The notes: generated from the sequence alone by a model not told the origin. 64,000 nucleotides of DNA from an uncultured candidate division Zixibacteria bacterium (GCA_963806185.1 CAWDXE010000007.1:64001-128000); one strand, 5' to 3'. Positions 49,426 to 60,208 are shown, counted from the stretch's first letter. Numbers and translations are program-made.

Positions 49426-50958
49426 AGAAAGAGATTGTTGTAAACACCACGGCGTACGAGACACGAGTCGCGATTTTAGAGGACGGCCTTTTGGTGGAGT
49501 TGATGGTCGAGCGGGCCAACGCCGACCGGATGGTGGGGGATATCTACAAGGGCAAGATCAAGACGGTCCTCCCCGGGATGCAGGCCGCGTTTGTCGATAT
49601 CGGCATGGAAAAAGCGGCCTACCTGCATTCGTCGGATATCGGCAAGGTGTCCAAGGGGCGGTACGACTCGGACGACGAGGAGGAAGAAGCACCGGCGGAA
49701 ATCATCCGCAAGACGCGACGCGCCGGGATTGAGACGGTGCTGAAGAAGAACCAGGATATTCTGGTGCAGGTGATCAAGGAGCCGATTTCCACCAAGGGGC
49801 CGAGGATTGCGTCGGAAATCTCTCTGCCGGGCCGATTTCTGGTGATGGTGCCGGGGGACGATCATATCCGGGTGTCCAAGCGGATCAGCGACTGGGGCGA
49901 GAAGCGGCGGCTGCAGAAAGATACTCGATCCGCTTCGGCCGGAAGGGTTCGGGTTGATTATTCGCACCGAGGCCGAGGGAAAGGACGAGCGGGATTTTGC
50001 GGCTGATATCAAACGGCTGCAGAAGCTCTGGACCAAGCTGAAACGCAAAGCGGACACGTTGCCTGCGCCGGTGCTGATTCACAAGGAATCGGAGATGATA
50101 GTCGGGATGATCCGGGACATTTTCACGGAAGATGTAAATCAGATTGTGCTCGACGACCGGGAAGATTACAAGAAAATCATGGGGTTTGTACGGCAGATCG
50201 CGCCGCATCTCAAGGACCGGGTCAAATTGTATCGCGGCGGGAAGCCGGTGTTTGATAACTATGATCTCGAGCCCGAAATCGACAAGATGCTGTCGCGAAA
50301 GGTCTGGATCAAGAAGGGGGCCTACCTGGTGCTCGACCAGACCGAGGCGATGATGACGATTGACGTCAACACCGGCCGGTTTGTCGGGGGCAAGGACCAG
50401 GAACAGACGATTCTGCAGACCAATTTGCTGGCGGCGCGGGAAATTGCGCGGCAGATTCGGCTTCGGGATATCGGCGGACTAGTGGTTTGCGACTTCATCG
50501 ATATGTACAATCGGGACAATCGTCGTCGCCTGTACGAGGAATTCAAGAATTGTTTTCGGCACGACCGCGCCAAACGGGCGATCAACCCGGTGACCGAGTT
50601 CGGGCTGGTGGAGATGACGCGCGAGCGGGTGCGTCCGTCGCACATGCAGACGCTTTCCGAGCCCTGTCCGCACTGTGCGGGACTGGGGCGGGTGATGTCC
50701 AAGGATGTGCTGGCGACCAAGATTGAGCGGTGGTTTGACCGTGCCCGGGTGGATAAGCGCTTTACCAACTTCCATTTGGTGGTCAACCCGAATCTGGCGG
50801 CCCTTTTGGTGGAAAACGGCACGAATCGAATTGACCGGATCATGCGGGCGTACCGATTCCGCATTAACCTGATCCGTGACACCACTTTGCCGCATCAGGA
50901 GTTCAAGTTATACAGCGCCGAAGACAACAAGGATATCACGGAGATGTATACGGTGTAA
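49422..50958 (+). CDS. rng: Ribonuclease G/E family (+1 frameshift near 49918)
   Basis: S1 domain GMQAAFVDIG, IDVNTG, DFIDM, CPHC; ORFs 49422-50006 and 49954-50958. Confidence 0.9.
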
Positions 50959-50988
50959 GCTTCGGCTCGACAGACAAGTGAGAGCAGG

Positions 50989-51022
50989 CCGCGCGATTTG
51001 TCGACAAACCGCGCGGTTTTTT
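50989..51022 (+). terminator. Intrinsic terminator after rng
   Basis: CCGCGCG-ATTTG-TCGA-CAAAC-CGCGCGG + T6. Confidence 0.65.
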
Positions 51023-51072
51023 GTCGAAAGAGGTTGCCAGAGCATTCGAAACAGGCCTATATTTTTGATGCT

Positions 51073-51711
51073 ATGACTACACAGGGCGAACCCAATCTGG
51101 AAATCGAGATCAAACTTCAACTAGCATCCTTCATGGACTATCTGAAGTTAATCGGTTCGTTGTCGCCGCTCGACGGCGAGCGGCACCATGTCAACAGCTT
51201 CTACGACAGCGAGGATCGGTTGTTGTCCCGGGGGGGCTGGGCACTTCGCGTGCGGGCGGAATCTGATCGTGGGTTCGTGACGCTCAAGAGCATCGACGCA
51301 CCGTTGGGGACGGCCACCGTGCGTCGCGAGATCGAGGCGGAGATCGGGCCGGCGGCGGCGCACCGGATATTGCTTCTTCAGGAGGAGGTCCTGGACCTGG
51401 ATGTAGCGCCGGTGAAATTTATCCAGGAGCATTTTCCGAAGATTCGTCTCGCGAAGCTGATCCAGTTTGAGAACGTTCGTTCGTTGAAGAACTATCAAAT
51501 CGGCGATTATCAATACTTGTTCGAGATCGACAAGACATCGTTCAGTGACGGCTCGGTGGATTATGAGCTGGAGGTGGAGCTGGAGAGTCAGGATCGGGTG
51601 GTATTCGTCGAAAATGCGCTGCGACGGCTGTTTAGTACGCTGGCGATACCGTTCGAGAAGCAGATGGAGAGCAAGTTTGCGCGGGCGTTGAAGCGGGCGA
51701 GGATGGTGTAG
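51073..51711 (+). CDS. CYTH domain protein
   Basis: EIEIK, ALRVR, VTLK, YELEVE, SKFARAL. Confidence 0.85.
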   Translation: MTTQGEPNLEIEIKLQLASFMDYLKLIGSLSPLDGERHHVNSFYDSEDRLLSRGGWALRVRAESDRGFVTLKSIDAPLGTATVRREIEAEIGPAAAHRILLLQEEVLDLDVAPVKFIQEHFPKIRLAKLIQFENVRSLKNYQIGDYQYLFEIDKTSFSDGSVDYELEVELESQDRVVFVENALRRLFSTLAIPFEKQMESKFARALKRARMV

Positions 51712-51731
51712 GGGGGGGCGATAAGGACAAT

Positions 51732-51763
51732 GCCGCCGGGCGATGGTGCCGGGCGGCTTTTTT
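51732..51763 (+). terminator. Intrinsic terminator
   Basis: GCCGCC...GGCGGC + T6. Confidence 0.6.
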
Positions 51764-51919
51764 GTTTGGGGGAAAACCTATTCCATTTCACAGCTTTTCT
51801 AAGTATCCGAACTGGTTCATGATCTCGCAATCTGCAATCGGAAGATTGAGTTCTTCAGTTCGTGTATTATCTTACAAGTTAGTCAGCCGAGATAGAGTCG
51901 AAAAAGGAAGTGTCGTAAC

Positions 51920-52477
51920 ATGTCTGTATTCCCGATTTTGTCGGTCATTCCCATCTACAGGTGCACTGAAAGCGATCATCACGCAACTATGGAGAGGAAA
52001 AAGGCAGAACTTCTGGCAGAGTGTTCTGACGGAGCGACCCCACTCGCAGAAGCCATCACGGTCCGACTCAACTCGTACTTCGAAAGGGTCATTAACTATT
52101 CGTGGACTTTCAATGAGATTGTGGGATGGATCGAATTGTACCTTGACGACGAACGTGTTGTCGGCGATTTGTGGCTCGACGAGTCGAAGCGATTCTGTAG
52201 TGGCATCAGAAAGAAGAAGATATGCTACGTGGGCAAGTGCCTAGAAGTCTCCACAGGCATATGTCGTTCCTCCGTTGAGGTATTTGAATCCATGGTAGTA
52301 GAATTGAATCGCGTCGCTAGCAAACGTCGGTTGCGAAAGCGATACGTTGACCTGGAGATTTTCACGAACACGGGCCGGTTCTTGGATTGGAAGACGCTTG
52401 TGGAATCCAGGTTGAAAGATCAGTTTGTTGAGGTTGGTAATATTCGGTGCCCTAAGCGTTTAACCCATCCAGGATGA
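51920..52477 (+). CDS. Hypothetical protein (AT-richer islet)
   Basis: 185-aa ORF co-oriented with the Sir2-like gene; start uncertain. Confidence 0.5.
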   Translation: MSVFPILSVIPIYRCTESDHHATMERKKAELLAECSDGATPLAEAITVRLNSYFERVINYSWTFNEIVGWIELYLDDERVVGDLWLDESKRFCSGIRKKKICYVGKCLEVSTGICRSSVEVFESMVVELNRVASKRRLRKRYVDLEIFTNTGRFLDWKTLVESRLKDQFVEVGNIRCPKRLTHPG

Positions 52478-52527
52478 ACTTCAATTGATCGATAATCTGA
52501 AATCAGTTCGAAAGGTACCTTTCAGCA

Positions 52528-53580
52528 ATGTTCCTCGATGACGAACTGAAGGATCTCTTTGAAGCACCCAAAGAACTGCTTATTGAAAGGCCGTTTGCCA
52601 ATCGCAGACACGTAGTGATACTCGGTGCGGGTGCTAGCAAGCAGGCATTTCCAAATGGAGATGCTGCTGGCAATCGCATCCCGCTTCTCGACGAATTAGT
52701 AGAGACCATCTGTCTAGGCGGCGTCCTAGGACAGTCGCACATTGCGTGGAAGGGCCTAAATTTCGAGGCGGTCTATAGCAAGCTACACCAAGCCGATCCG
52801 AACTCAAGTGTTCTCAAAGCGATCGAAGGACGCATTCGTGAGTACTTTGGGGGCTTTTCTTTGCCAAACACAGCTTCACTATACGACTTTCTCGTAGTAT
52901 CGCTACAGCCTAAGGATTTAATTGCCACCTTCAACTGGGATCCGTTTCTTCTCGAAGCGTACGAAAGGAATGACGGCTTTGTCCCTTTGCCGCAGATCGT
53001 CCACTTGCATGGATGTGTTGCGTTGGGCTATTGTTCGGAACACCGAGTTTATGGTCGCGTTGGAAGGGCGTGCCCTACCTGCGGTTCTAGACTCGCGCCT
53101 ATGTCGCTGTTATACCCCGTTGAAAAGAAGAACTACGCGGCCGATCCACTAATTAAGGATCAGTGGAATATCTTACGGCGCGCCCTGTCAGAGGCCTATA
53201 CCGTAACGATTTTTGGCTACGGCGGGCCCAAGACAGATCGTGAGGCGCTGGAAATGCTCAAACGTGGGTGGAACACGGGGAACAAGCGAAGTTGGGAGAC
53301 TAGCGAAATCATCGACATTCGCAATGAATATGAATTACGTAACTTCTGGAACAAGTCCGTCAAGAATCATTCATTCATTTATACGGAAGACTATTTCTCT
53401 TCTAATATCGCGCGTCATCCACGCCGAAGTTGCGAGGCATTGTACATCCCGAAGATTTACGGTAGACTGGTTGAGGACTTCCCATTGCCAAGAGTCGAAT
53501 CTCTTCAAGACCTGCACGAAGCAGTACAAGCTCATGTTTCTGCTGAGCAGCGACTTGCGAGGACCAAGTCGTCGGTGTAG
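52528..53580 (+). CDS. SIR2-like (Sir2_2) domain protein
   Basis: VILGAGAS, TFNWD, HLHG, CxxH/CxxC insert, IFGYG. Confidence 0.75.
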   Translation: MFLDDELKDLFEAPKELLIERPFANRRHVVILGAGASKQAFPNGDAAGNRIPLLDELVETICLGGVLGQSHIAWKGLNFEAVYSKLHQADPNSSVLKAIEGRIREYFGGFSLPNTASLYDFLVVSLQPKDLIATFNWDPFLLEAYERNDGFVPLPQIVHLHGCVALGYCSEHRVYGRVGRACPTCGSRLAPMSLLYPVEKKNYAADPLIKDQWNILRRALSEAYTVTIFGYGGPKTDREALEMLKRGWNTGNKRSWETSEIIDIRNEYELRNFWNKSVKNHSFIYTEDYFSSNIARHPRRSCEALYIPKIYGRLVEDFPLPRVESLQDLHEAVQAHVSAEQRLARTKSSV

Positions 53581-53750
53581 ACCACTGCAACGGAGGGCAA
53601 GCAAGGTGCCCGGCGGGTGACAGTTAGAATCGGTTGGGTATCCGATCCGTCGCCTTAAGCGAATCGGCAGGGCTCGCGGCGACTCGTCGCGCAGTGGAGG
53701 GGTTTCTGCCCGGTCGAATCCGCGGGGTTTTCAGCCAACATAAGAGAGCT

Positions 53751-54042
53751 GAGAATTCGCCACGGCGCGAAGCGCGCCTCGCGATGGCGGGTATGATAGC
53801 TCAGTGTACATTGAGATGCTGAAGCCCGATAAGAATTGGCTTCAGCATGACAATTTTATAGGCTCCCGCTCAAGGCAGGGGTGACATTGGGGGAGAGATG
53901 TGCCCCATGGATTCTGGACCTTCGGTCCAGAATGACAAGGGAGGGGGGGAAGTGGACTTCGAGATTCTGAAGCCTGACAGGCCAATCTGGCGCTTGCCCT
54001 GTCAGACTCCGGAATGACAAAGGTTGCGGGTTCAGGATGACG
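53751..54042. repeat. Cluster of REP-like hairpin/GAATGAC elements
   Basis: GCCACGGCGCGAAGCGCGCCTCGC; TTCTGGACCTTCGGTCCAGAATGAC; CCGGAATGAC. Confidence 0.6.
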
Positions 54043-54185
54043 ATGAGGGGAGATGGTCGGGCGTGGCGCACGAGACGTACGCCACGCACGGAATGGCTTC
54101 TTGCCAGGTTGACGTTTTTTGGGTGGGCGTTGCCGGAGAGAGGGATACCGGTTATATTACCAGTTATCAAAAACGGGAGAAATCA

Positions 54186-54530
54186 ATGACCGACCGTGTA
54201 GAACAATGGCAGGAAGAGCGCAGGAAGCTCAACGAAATCGTCCTGGGGCGCAAGGACCTGAATATCAAGCGGTTCTTCGGAATCGATTCGGCAGTCTACC
54301 GCGACGGGGGATTGGACGCCAAGACCAAAGAACTGCTGGGGCTTGTTGCATCATTGGTTCTTCGCTGTGACGACTGCATAACGTATCACGTCATACGAGC
54401 GCATGAATGTCAAACTACTGATACTGAATTCGACGAGGTCATGTCAATCGGCCTGGTGGTGGGAGGATCGATCACCATTCCTCACCTTCGCCGCGCCTTT
54501 CGCACCTGGACTGAACTTCAACAGAAATAA
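54186..54530 (+). CDS. Carboxymuconolactone decarboxylase/AhpD family protein
   Basis: KTKELLGLVASLVLRCDDCITYH. Confidence 0.85.
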   Translation: MTDRVEQWQEERRKLNEIVLGRKDLNIKRFFGIDSAVYRDGGLDAKTKELLGLVASLVLRCDDCITYHVIRAHECQTTDTEFDEVMSIGLVVGGSITIPHLRRAFRTWTELQQK

Positions 54531-54533
54531 CCT

Positions 54534-55424
54534 ATGAAACAAGTCATCATCGCACTTCTCCTGGTCGCCGCAACGTCGAGTCTCGCCGCGGCCGAAGGCA
54601 CAATTAATACCGCGCAGCGGCCGATTGAATGGTACCTTCAGCAGTATCCGTTCATTCAGTACAAGGGAGTTATTTTCTCCTTTGAGAATCAGTTTGACTG
54701 GCCGAGCGGGTTTGCGCGCGTGGATTCGGCCAAGTTGACGCCTTACCAGTTCTGGATTTCCAATCTTCCACTCTGGTTTAAGGATCGTCCGGTCGGATCA
54801 CTCAAGCACGGCACGGTTCAGAAGGCGGATTCGATTTCGCGCGTGGTGCACTTGCCGTGGCGCACAATCAAGTTTTCCGACAAAATCATCCCCCTGCATT
54901 TGACGGCCGATTACCTTTTCGTAAAAGGGCAAGATGACAAACTGTCGGCCATTACCCTGTCGGGCGATACCATTACGTTTGACCGGTATCTCTCCGGTAC
55001 GGTAGGTTACGGCCCGAGGCAGGAGATTCGCTGGACACCCGTCAAGCGACGGCCACCGACGGAAGCCGAATACGACAGGTGCGTCGGGCTCATTGCTGAT
55101 AACACGACCTATCGCAGCCTATTGCACAATTGCGTGTCGATAGCCGAGAGCGATGTCCTGCCCGGTGATTTCTATATCACCTGCGATTCGACCGGAGAGC
55201 GCGGCAGAGTTGCGGTCGCGCTCGTGACGATCGAAAATGCCAACGGTCATCGACTGTATATCTTTGGCACCGGCTGTGCCAACGAATGCGACTTTCATAT
55301 TCCGTTATTCAATAACCGGCGGGATTATCCCTGGACGACCACTGAAGAAGTAGTGAAGCGGTTTGGACCAGCGATGGCGATCAGCGGTTTTTATCGGATC
55401 AAGCTTCCCGAGCTAAAGCGCTGA
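54534..55424 (+). CDS. Secreted hypothetical protein (DUF4846-like, tentative)
   Basis: Signal peptide; PSGFARV...ISNLPL, PGDF. Confidence 0.55.
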   Translation: MKQVIIALLLVAATSSLAAAEGTINTAQRPIEWYLQQYPFIQYKGVIFSFENQFDWPSGFARVDSAKLTPYQFWISNLPLWFKDRPVGSLKHGTVQKADSISRVVHLPWRTIKFSDKIIPLHLTADYLFVKGQDDKLSAITLSGDTITFDRYLSGTVGYGPRQEIRWTPVKRRPPTEAEYDRCVGLIADNTTYRSLLHNCVSIAESDVLPGDFYITCDSTGERGRVAVALVTIENANGHRLYIFGTGCANECDFHIPLFNNRRDYPWTTTEEVVKRFGPAMAISGFYRIKLPELKR

Positions 55425-55479
55425 CATTCGTGGTTTTTTGTTGCCATGCTTGTCGCTATTGGGGTATCGTGCTGGTGTC

Positions 55480-56688
55480 ATGAATCTCAAATTGTCTTTC
55501 GTCCTATCTTCAATCGTCGCAGTCGGCGTGACGAGCGGATCGGCTGCCGTGCGAACAGTCGGGCGTGGCGCTGATCTGCAGGCCGCCATCATGTCGGCTC
55601 GGAGCGGCGATACGTTGAGATTGTCGGCCGACAGTTTTGTCGCCAAGCCGACGATGTTCACCGACACGCTTTGCGGGAATTGCCAGGATCCGCGCACCAA
55701 GGTGGCGGCGAGCTTCGGTTTTCGCGTTGCGAATAAGGCACTGGTTATCATAGGCGCTAGTCGGGGAAAGACACGACTGGTAACCAACGCCGGGTACGGG
55801 CTGTTTTTTGATAATGCCGGGAGTAGTGCGCTCTTCAATCTGACAGTCACCGGCGGCATGCGTGACGCCGACGGCAGTGCCACCGATGCGGGGATTGTCG
55901 TGCGCAACAGCCGGGTGACGGTCGAGCAGTGTGATATCAGAGAAAACAAGCGGCGGATTGATTCGGTAATCGTCGGGATCGGGGGCGTATTTGGCCGCGA
56001 GGGGGCGGAGTTGACGGTCAGCAACTGCAATATTGTCGGCAACACGTGGGACGGGATAGCGCTCTATCGCGGGGCGAATGCGGTAGTGTCGGATTGCCTG
56101 ATCAAGGATGGACGCGGGGTAGGGATCGGCGTGACGTGGGACGCCAATTGTGATGCGTATCGGAACGAGGTGACCGGGTATTGGAAAGGGATAGGATCGT
56201 TTGGTACGTCGAATGTAACGGCGCGAAACAACCTGGTGCACCGAAACCTGGGGTGGGGAATTATTGCGACCGGCGAGTCATCGATGGAGGCGACGAACAA
56301 CGTCGTTTATCATAACGGCAATTGCGGCGTGGCGTCGTGGGGAACTGACGCGCGGGGGAAATTCATAAACAATGTCATCGTCGACAATGGTTGGCGGGAT
56401 CAGTGGGTCTGTCCTTGTGTCGGTGTCTGGAATTACGGGGACTGGTCGAAGTGGGTCTTTCGGAACAACATCATCTGGGGAAACAAGGCCAACCAGTTTG
56501 AGGGGATTTGGGATCAGACCGAGGTGGGGGGAAATCTATCAGTCGATCCGCAGTTTGCCGACGACGGCACGTTTGCGCTCAAAGACAGCTCACCAGCGAT
56601 ACATGCCGGGGATTCGACGATTTACAATTTGGACGGTACGCGGTCTCACATCGGCCTGACCGGTGGCGGCCGGGCAGATCGCAAGTAG
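55480..56688 (+). CDS. Secreted right-handed parallel beta-helix protein
   Basis: Repeated NxxxxN/GI units; DPQF...SPAIHAGD tail. Confidence 0.75.
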   Translation: MNLKLSFVLSSIVAVGVTSGSAAVRTVGRGADLQAAIMSARSGDTLRLSADSFVAKPTMFTDTLCGNCQDPRTKVAASFGFRVANKALVIIGASRGKTRLVTNAGYGLFFDNAGSSALFNLTVTGGMRDADGSATDAGIVVRNSRVTVEQCDIRENKRRIDSVIVGIGGVFGREGAELTVSNCNIVGNTWDGIALYRGANAVVSDCLIKDGRGVGIGVTWDANCDAYRNEVTGYWKGIGSFGTSNVTARNNLVHRNLGWGIIATGESSMEATNNVVYHNGNCGVASWGTDARGKFINNVIVDNGWRDQWVCPCVGVWNYGDWSKWVFRNNIIWGNKANQFEGIWDQTEVGGNLSVDPQFADDGTFALKDSSPAIHAGDSTIYNLDGTRSHIGLTGGGRADRK

Positions 56689-56805
56689 TTGGAAATCAAT
56701 CGGGTCAAGATATTGGAGAATCAGACTCAGGTTTGGGGCTGGGCGAGCCGAAACTGAGAGATATTCACAGCAGTTTTCATAGTTCCGGAAAGAGAGGAAT
56801 TCCAC

Positions 56806-57735
56806 ATGAGACGACTCACGATTTTGTCCCTTTGCGCTATTGTCATCGGAGCGCTGGTCATTGCTCTGGGCTGCAGTTCCGACAAATCGACCAATGAGCC
56901 GTTGCCGCAGCCGAATCAGGCGACGGCCGATTTTGTGGCGTCCTCAGTGGGGACCTCGCTGATTGATGGCGCCAATGAGTCAATTCATCAGACGCTGGAA
57001 TTATTCGATTTCCCGGTGGGGTCACCGAATCGCCCCAGTATCGGCAGCTTGCGGGCGGCGGATTCATCGGCATTCGATACGGTGATCTACACCTACACCG
57101 ACGGACACCACGCGTTCTATTTTGTTTCGTCAGTAACGGAGACGCTGGGCAGCGACACGCTTTGGACCGCAACGCTTCGCGGCTGGGATACGGTGACATT
57201 GTGGAATAACGGTGTTGCTCAGCCTGACCGGGACACCACGACTGATTCAATCCGCGCCAATCTGGTGGTGGAATATGCGCAGTCGGGACCCGGCTTCGAG
57301 ATTATGGCGTGGCGCAAGCATGGAGTGGGCGTTGACGGCAATCCGTGGACGGATTCGTCGTTCGGGGTGGACGGCAGTCTTCTGGATTCGGCCCGATTTT
57401 CGATCAGTAATGACAGCGGCTCTTGCGAATTGAAGACACATTCGACCGGCAGCGTTGTAGACGTAGTGCTGGATAGTAATGTGATCTATAACGACGCCTG
57501 TCCGTCGTCGGGCGGGCTCAATTTCAATGCTGCGCTGGCGCTCACTTGCCAGGGGAACGGCGGCAGCGGGATGCAGAGTCTGACGATCAACGGCAACTGG
57601 GGAATCGATGTGACCTGGGATGGCGTGGTGCAGACGACGCACCTGACGCACAATGGGGCGGTGTTTAATTCGACGGACTCCTGCGGCACGGAACCGTCGT
57701 TGGCCAAGCTTGGGCCATGGCTGCAGGCACGTTAG
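56806..57735 (+). CDS. Hypothetical lipoprotein
   Basis: Lipobox ALGC; GAGG RBS. Confidence 0.7.
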   Translation: MRRLTILSLCAIVIGALVIALGCSSDKSTNEPLPQPNQATADFVASSVGTSLIDGANESIHQTLELFDFPVGSPNRPSIGSLRAADSSAFDTVIYTYTDGHHAFYFVSSVTETLGSDTLWTATLRGWDTVTLWNNGVAQPDRDTTTDSIRANLVVEYAQSGPGFEIMAWRKHGVGVDGNPWTDSSFGVDGSLLDSARFSISNDSGSCELKTHSTGSVVDVVLDSNVIYNDACPSSGGLNFNAALALTCQGNGGSGMQSLTINGNWGIDVTWDGVVQTTHLTHNGAVFNSTDSCGTEPSLAKLGPWLQAR

Positions 57736-57791
57736 TAAGATTCCTGAATTACGCCGATAGCGTGATGGCAGTGCGCACTGCCGGGAATGCG

Positions 57792-57823
57792 AGCGCCCCG
57801 AGGGACCGGGGCGCTTTTGTTTT
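57792..57823 (+). terminator. Intrinsic terminator
   Basis: AGCGCCCCG-loop-CGGGGCGCT + T-rich tail. Confidence 0.7.
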
Positions 57824-57910
57824 GGGTGAGGCCGATGCGGGGCGGGCGATGAGGGAGAGGGCTTGACTTGGGGTAGTGAAAGCGGCATTTTCCTTGAGCG
57901 ATCGAAGAAC

Positions 57911-57995
57911 GGAGGAGTGGCTGAGTGGTCGAAAGCGGCGGTCTTGAAAACCGTTGTACCGCAAGGTACCGTGGGTTCGAATCCTACCTCCTCCG
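57911..57995 (+). tRNA. tRNA-Ser (TGA)
   Basis: GGAGGAGTGGCTGAGTGGTCGAAAGC...GCGGTCT-TGA-AAACCGT...GGGTTCGAATCCTACCTCCTCCG. Confidence 0.95.
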
Positions 57996-58801
57996 CTTGT
58001 AACCCATTACAATGTAGTCATTTCGACTTGTTCTCGGGCTGAAGGCTTCTTTGGGCTCCTCCGCCGATCAGACTTATGGAATTTTTGCGGATTGATGTCT
58101 GCCCAGAAGGGGGAGAGATTCCTCCTCTCAACTCACACTGCTGATTGAGTTCCTTTGGCACGGTAACAGTCGATCAAATGGTCGGTCGGTTTATTGACCT
58201 CTCTGTACTTCCCGTTAGAACCCATTGAAGTGCTCAAGAATCGGGCAACGTGGATTGCCCCACACCTGCTCGCTATCTCAATACTCGATCCTCTCAATTG
58301 GCGGAACGCGGCATTGTCACGTGATGCCGCTGAGACGAAAAGATGGTTCGAACGGATAGCTGTCCTTGGGCGCGAAACAATATTGGGAGTTGCCAAATCC
58401 TGCACAGGGCGGTACCGCCCTTTTCCAAGCGTACCTCAAGAGAAATACTAATATGAGGGCAACAAACGCGCGATTTAGAATCGATCACCAGCGGGTTCGA
58501 AGGGTTTGTACTCTACGTTTCGCGACAAACTGGACGAAAACTCAGATTGAATTCGGTCTGAATTTCAAGTGGCGTGGAGCACCGCGACAATCAATCCGCC
58601 TGGTATCTGTGCTCACCCAAATTGCCCGATGGCAGCAGTTCAATGCGCCTGGAGAGATGCGATGCGATCTCCACTATCACTTCGGGCGAATGAACTGTGG
58701 GGCGATGGGCAGCCTTGCAGTCTTGACATTCAGATTCTCACAGCATTTATTTAATGAATAGAATTTTCAGGAATGGCGCTTCGAGAGGAGAGTCTGCCGG
58801 G

Positions 58802-60124
58802 ATGGGTAAAGTTCGAAGGAAATCAGCAATTCCAGTTGAAGAAGAGGGGCATCCCCACTTAAGTGAACACCAATCGGCATTCGACAATGCGCTGAGGCAA
58901 TTTGACCGGGCGGCTCACATTATCAATTTGTCCCCGGATCAGATCGCGATGATTAAGGAGCCTCGCAAGATTGCGCAAGTGGAACTTCCCGTCCGCATGG
59001 ACGACGGCCGTATTCGTTTATTTACCGGCTATCGTGTTCAGCATTCTGTCGCCCGCGGACCGGCAAAGGGCGGCGTGCGCTTCCATCCGCAGGTGACACT
59101 TGACGAAGTCAAGGCGCTGGCATTCTGGATGACGTTCAAGTGTGCGACGATCGGCATCCCGATGGGCGGAGGCAAAGGCGGCGTGGTGGTCGATCCGCGG
59201 CAACTTAGCGATGGTGAGTTGGAGCGCCTCTCGCGACGATACTTCGCAGATTTGATCGACATGTTCGGTCCCGATCGGGATGTCCCAGCTCCCGATGTTA
59301 ACACCAATCCCCAGATCATGGCCTGGTTCATGGATACATACTCAATGCACTTCGGCGGCGACTATCTGCCCGCAGTCGTCACCGGCAAACCACTGGAGCT
59401 GGGCGGGTCGGAAGGGCGCGGTTCGGCGACGGCACAGGGCATGGTGTTTTGTGTCGTGCGTGCAGCCGCACACCTCAAGATGAACCTCGCGAAAGCGTCC
59501 GTAGCTATCCAGGGGTTTGGTAACGCAGGATCCCATTCTGCGCTTCTTCTTCACGATCAAGGATGCACGATTCAGGCAATTTCGGATATTGATGGCGCCT
59601 TCTACAATCCCAAAGGTATCGACCCTAAGATGGCCATCACCTATCTGGCAAAGCACAAATCCTTGAAAGGATTCCATACGCAGGCAGAAGTGGAGAGTAT
59701 CACCAATCCGATGGATCTGCTTGAATTGCCCGTTGACATCCTCATCCCTGCCGCCCTTGAGAACCAGATTACCGCAAAGAACGCATCCAAAATCAAGGCG
59801 AAGATTATCGCCGAGTGCGCCAACGGTCCATGCACACCGGAAGCGGATGATATTCTGGAGAAGAAGAAGACATTCGTCATTCCCGATATTCTCTGCAATG
59901 CCGGCGGAGTCGGAGTCTCATACCTGGAATGGGTCCAAAATCGAATGGGATATTATTGGACCATCGAGAATGTCCAGAAGGATTTGAAACAGATGATGGA
60001 CCAAGCGTTTGACGTCGTACTTGAGACATCACTCAAACACAAGGTGCCAATGCGGACGGCAGCCTTCGTTGTCGCCATTCAGCGAGTTGCCCGAGCCGCC
60101 GAATTACGGGGGCTATACGCCTGA
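58802..60124 (+). CDS. gdh: Glu/Leu/Phe/Val dehydrogenase (glutamate dehydrogenase)
   Basis: GPAKGGVRF, GGGKGG, VPAPDVNT, IQGFGNAG, NAGGVGVSY. Confidence 0.92.
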   Translation: MGKVRRKSAIPVEEEGHPHLSEHQSAFDNALRQFDRAAHIINLSPDQIAMIKEPRKIAQVELPVRMDDGRIRLFTGYRVQHSVARGPAKGGVRFHPQVTLDEVKALAFWMTFKCATIGIPMGGGKGGVVVDPRQLSDGELERLSRRYFADLIDMFGPDRDVPAPDVNTNPQIMAWFMDTYSMHFGGDYLPAVVTGKPLELGGSEGRGSATAQGMVFCVVRAAAHLKMNLAKASVAIQGFGNAGSHSALLLHDQGCTIQAISDIDGAFYNPKGIDPKMAITYLAKHKSLKGFHTQAEVESITNPMDLLELPVDILIPAALENQITAKNASKIKAKIIAECANGPCTPEADDILEKKKTFVIPDILCNAGGVGVSYLEWVQNRMGYYWTIENVQKDLKQMMDQAFDVVLETSLKHKVPMRTAAFVVAIQRVARAAELRGLYA

Positions 60125-60208
60125 CCTGGAATGAATGTCGAGGCAGATCGAAGCGAGTTACGGCTGATTTGACGACGGTCCGGTCCCGTGGATCCGTCCG
60201 GTGCGTTT

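Noticed and set aside
57911..57995. Second tRNA-Sec or opal suppressor
   Set aside because: Anticodon TGA reads Ser UCA codons; the body matches the other tRNA-Ser.
58133..58761. Short ORFs downstream of tRNA-Ser(TGA)
   Set aside because: Overlapping, no motifs or clear RBS; not supportable.
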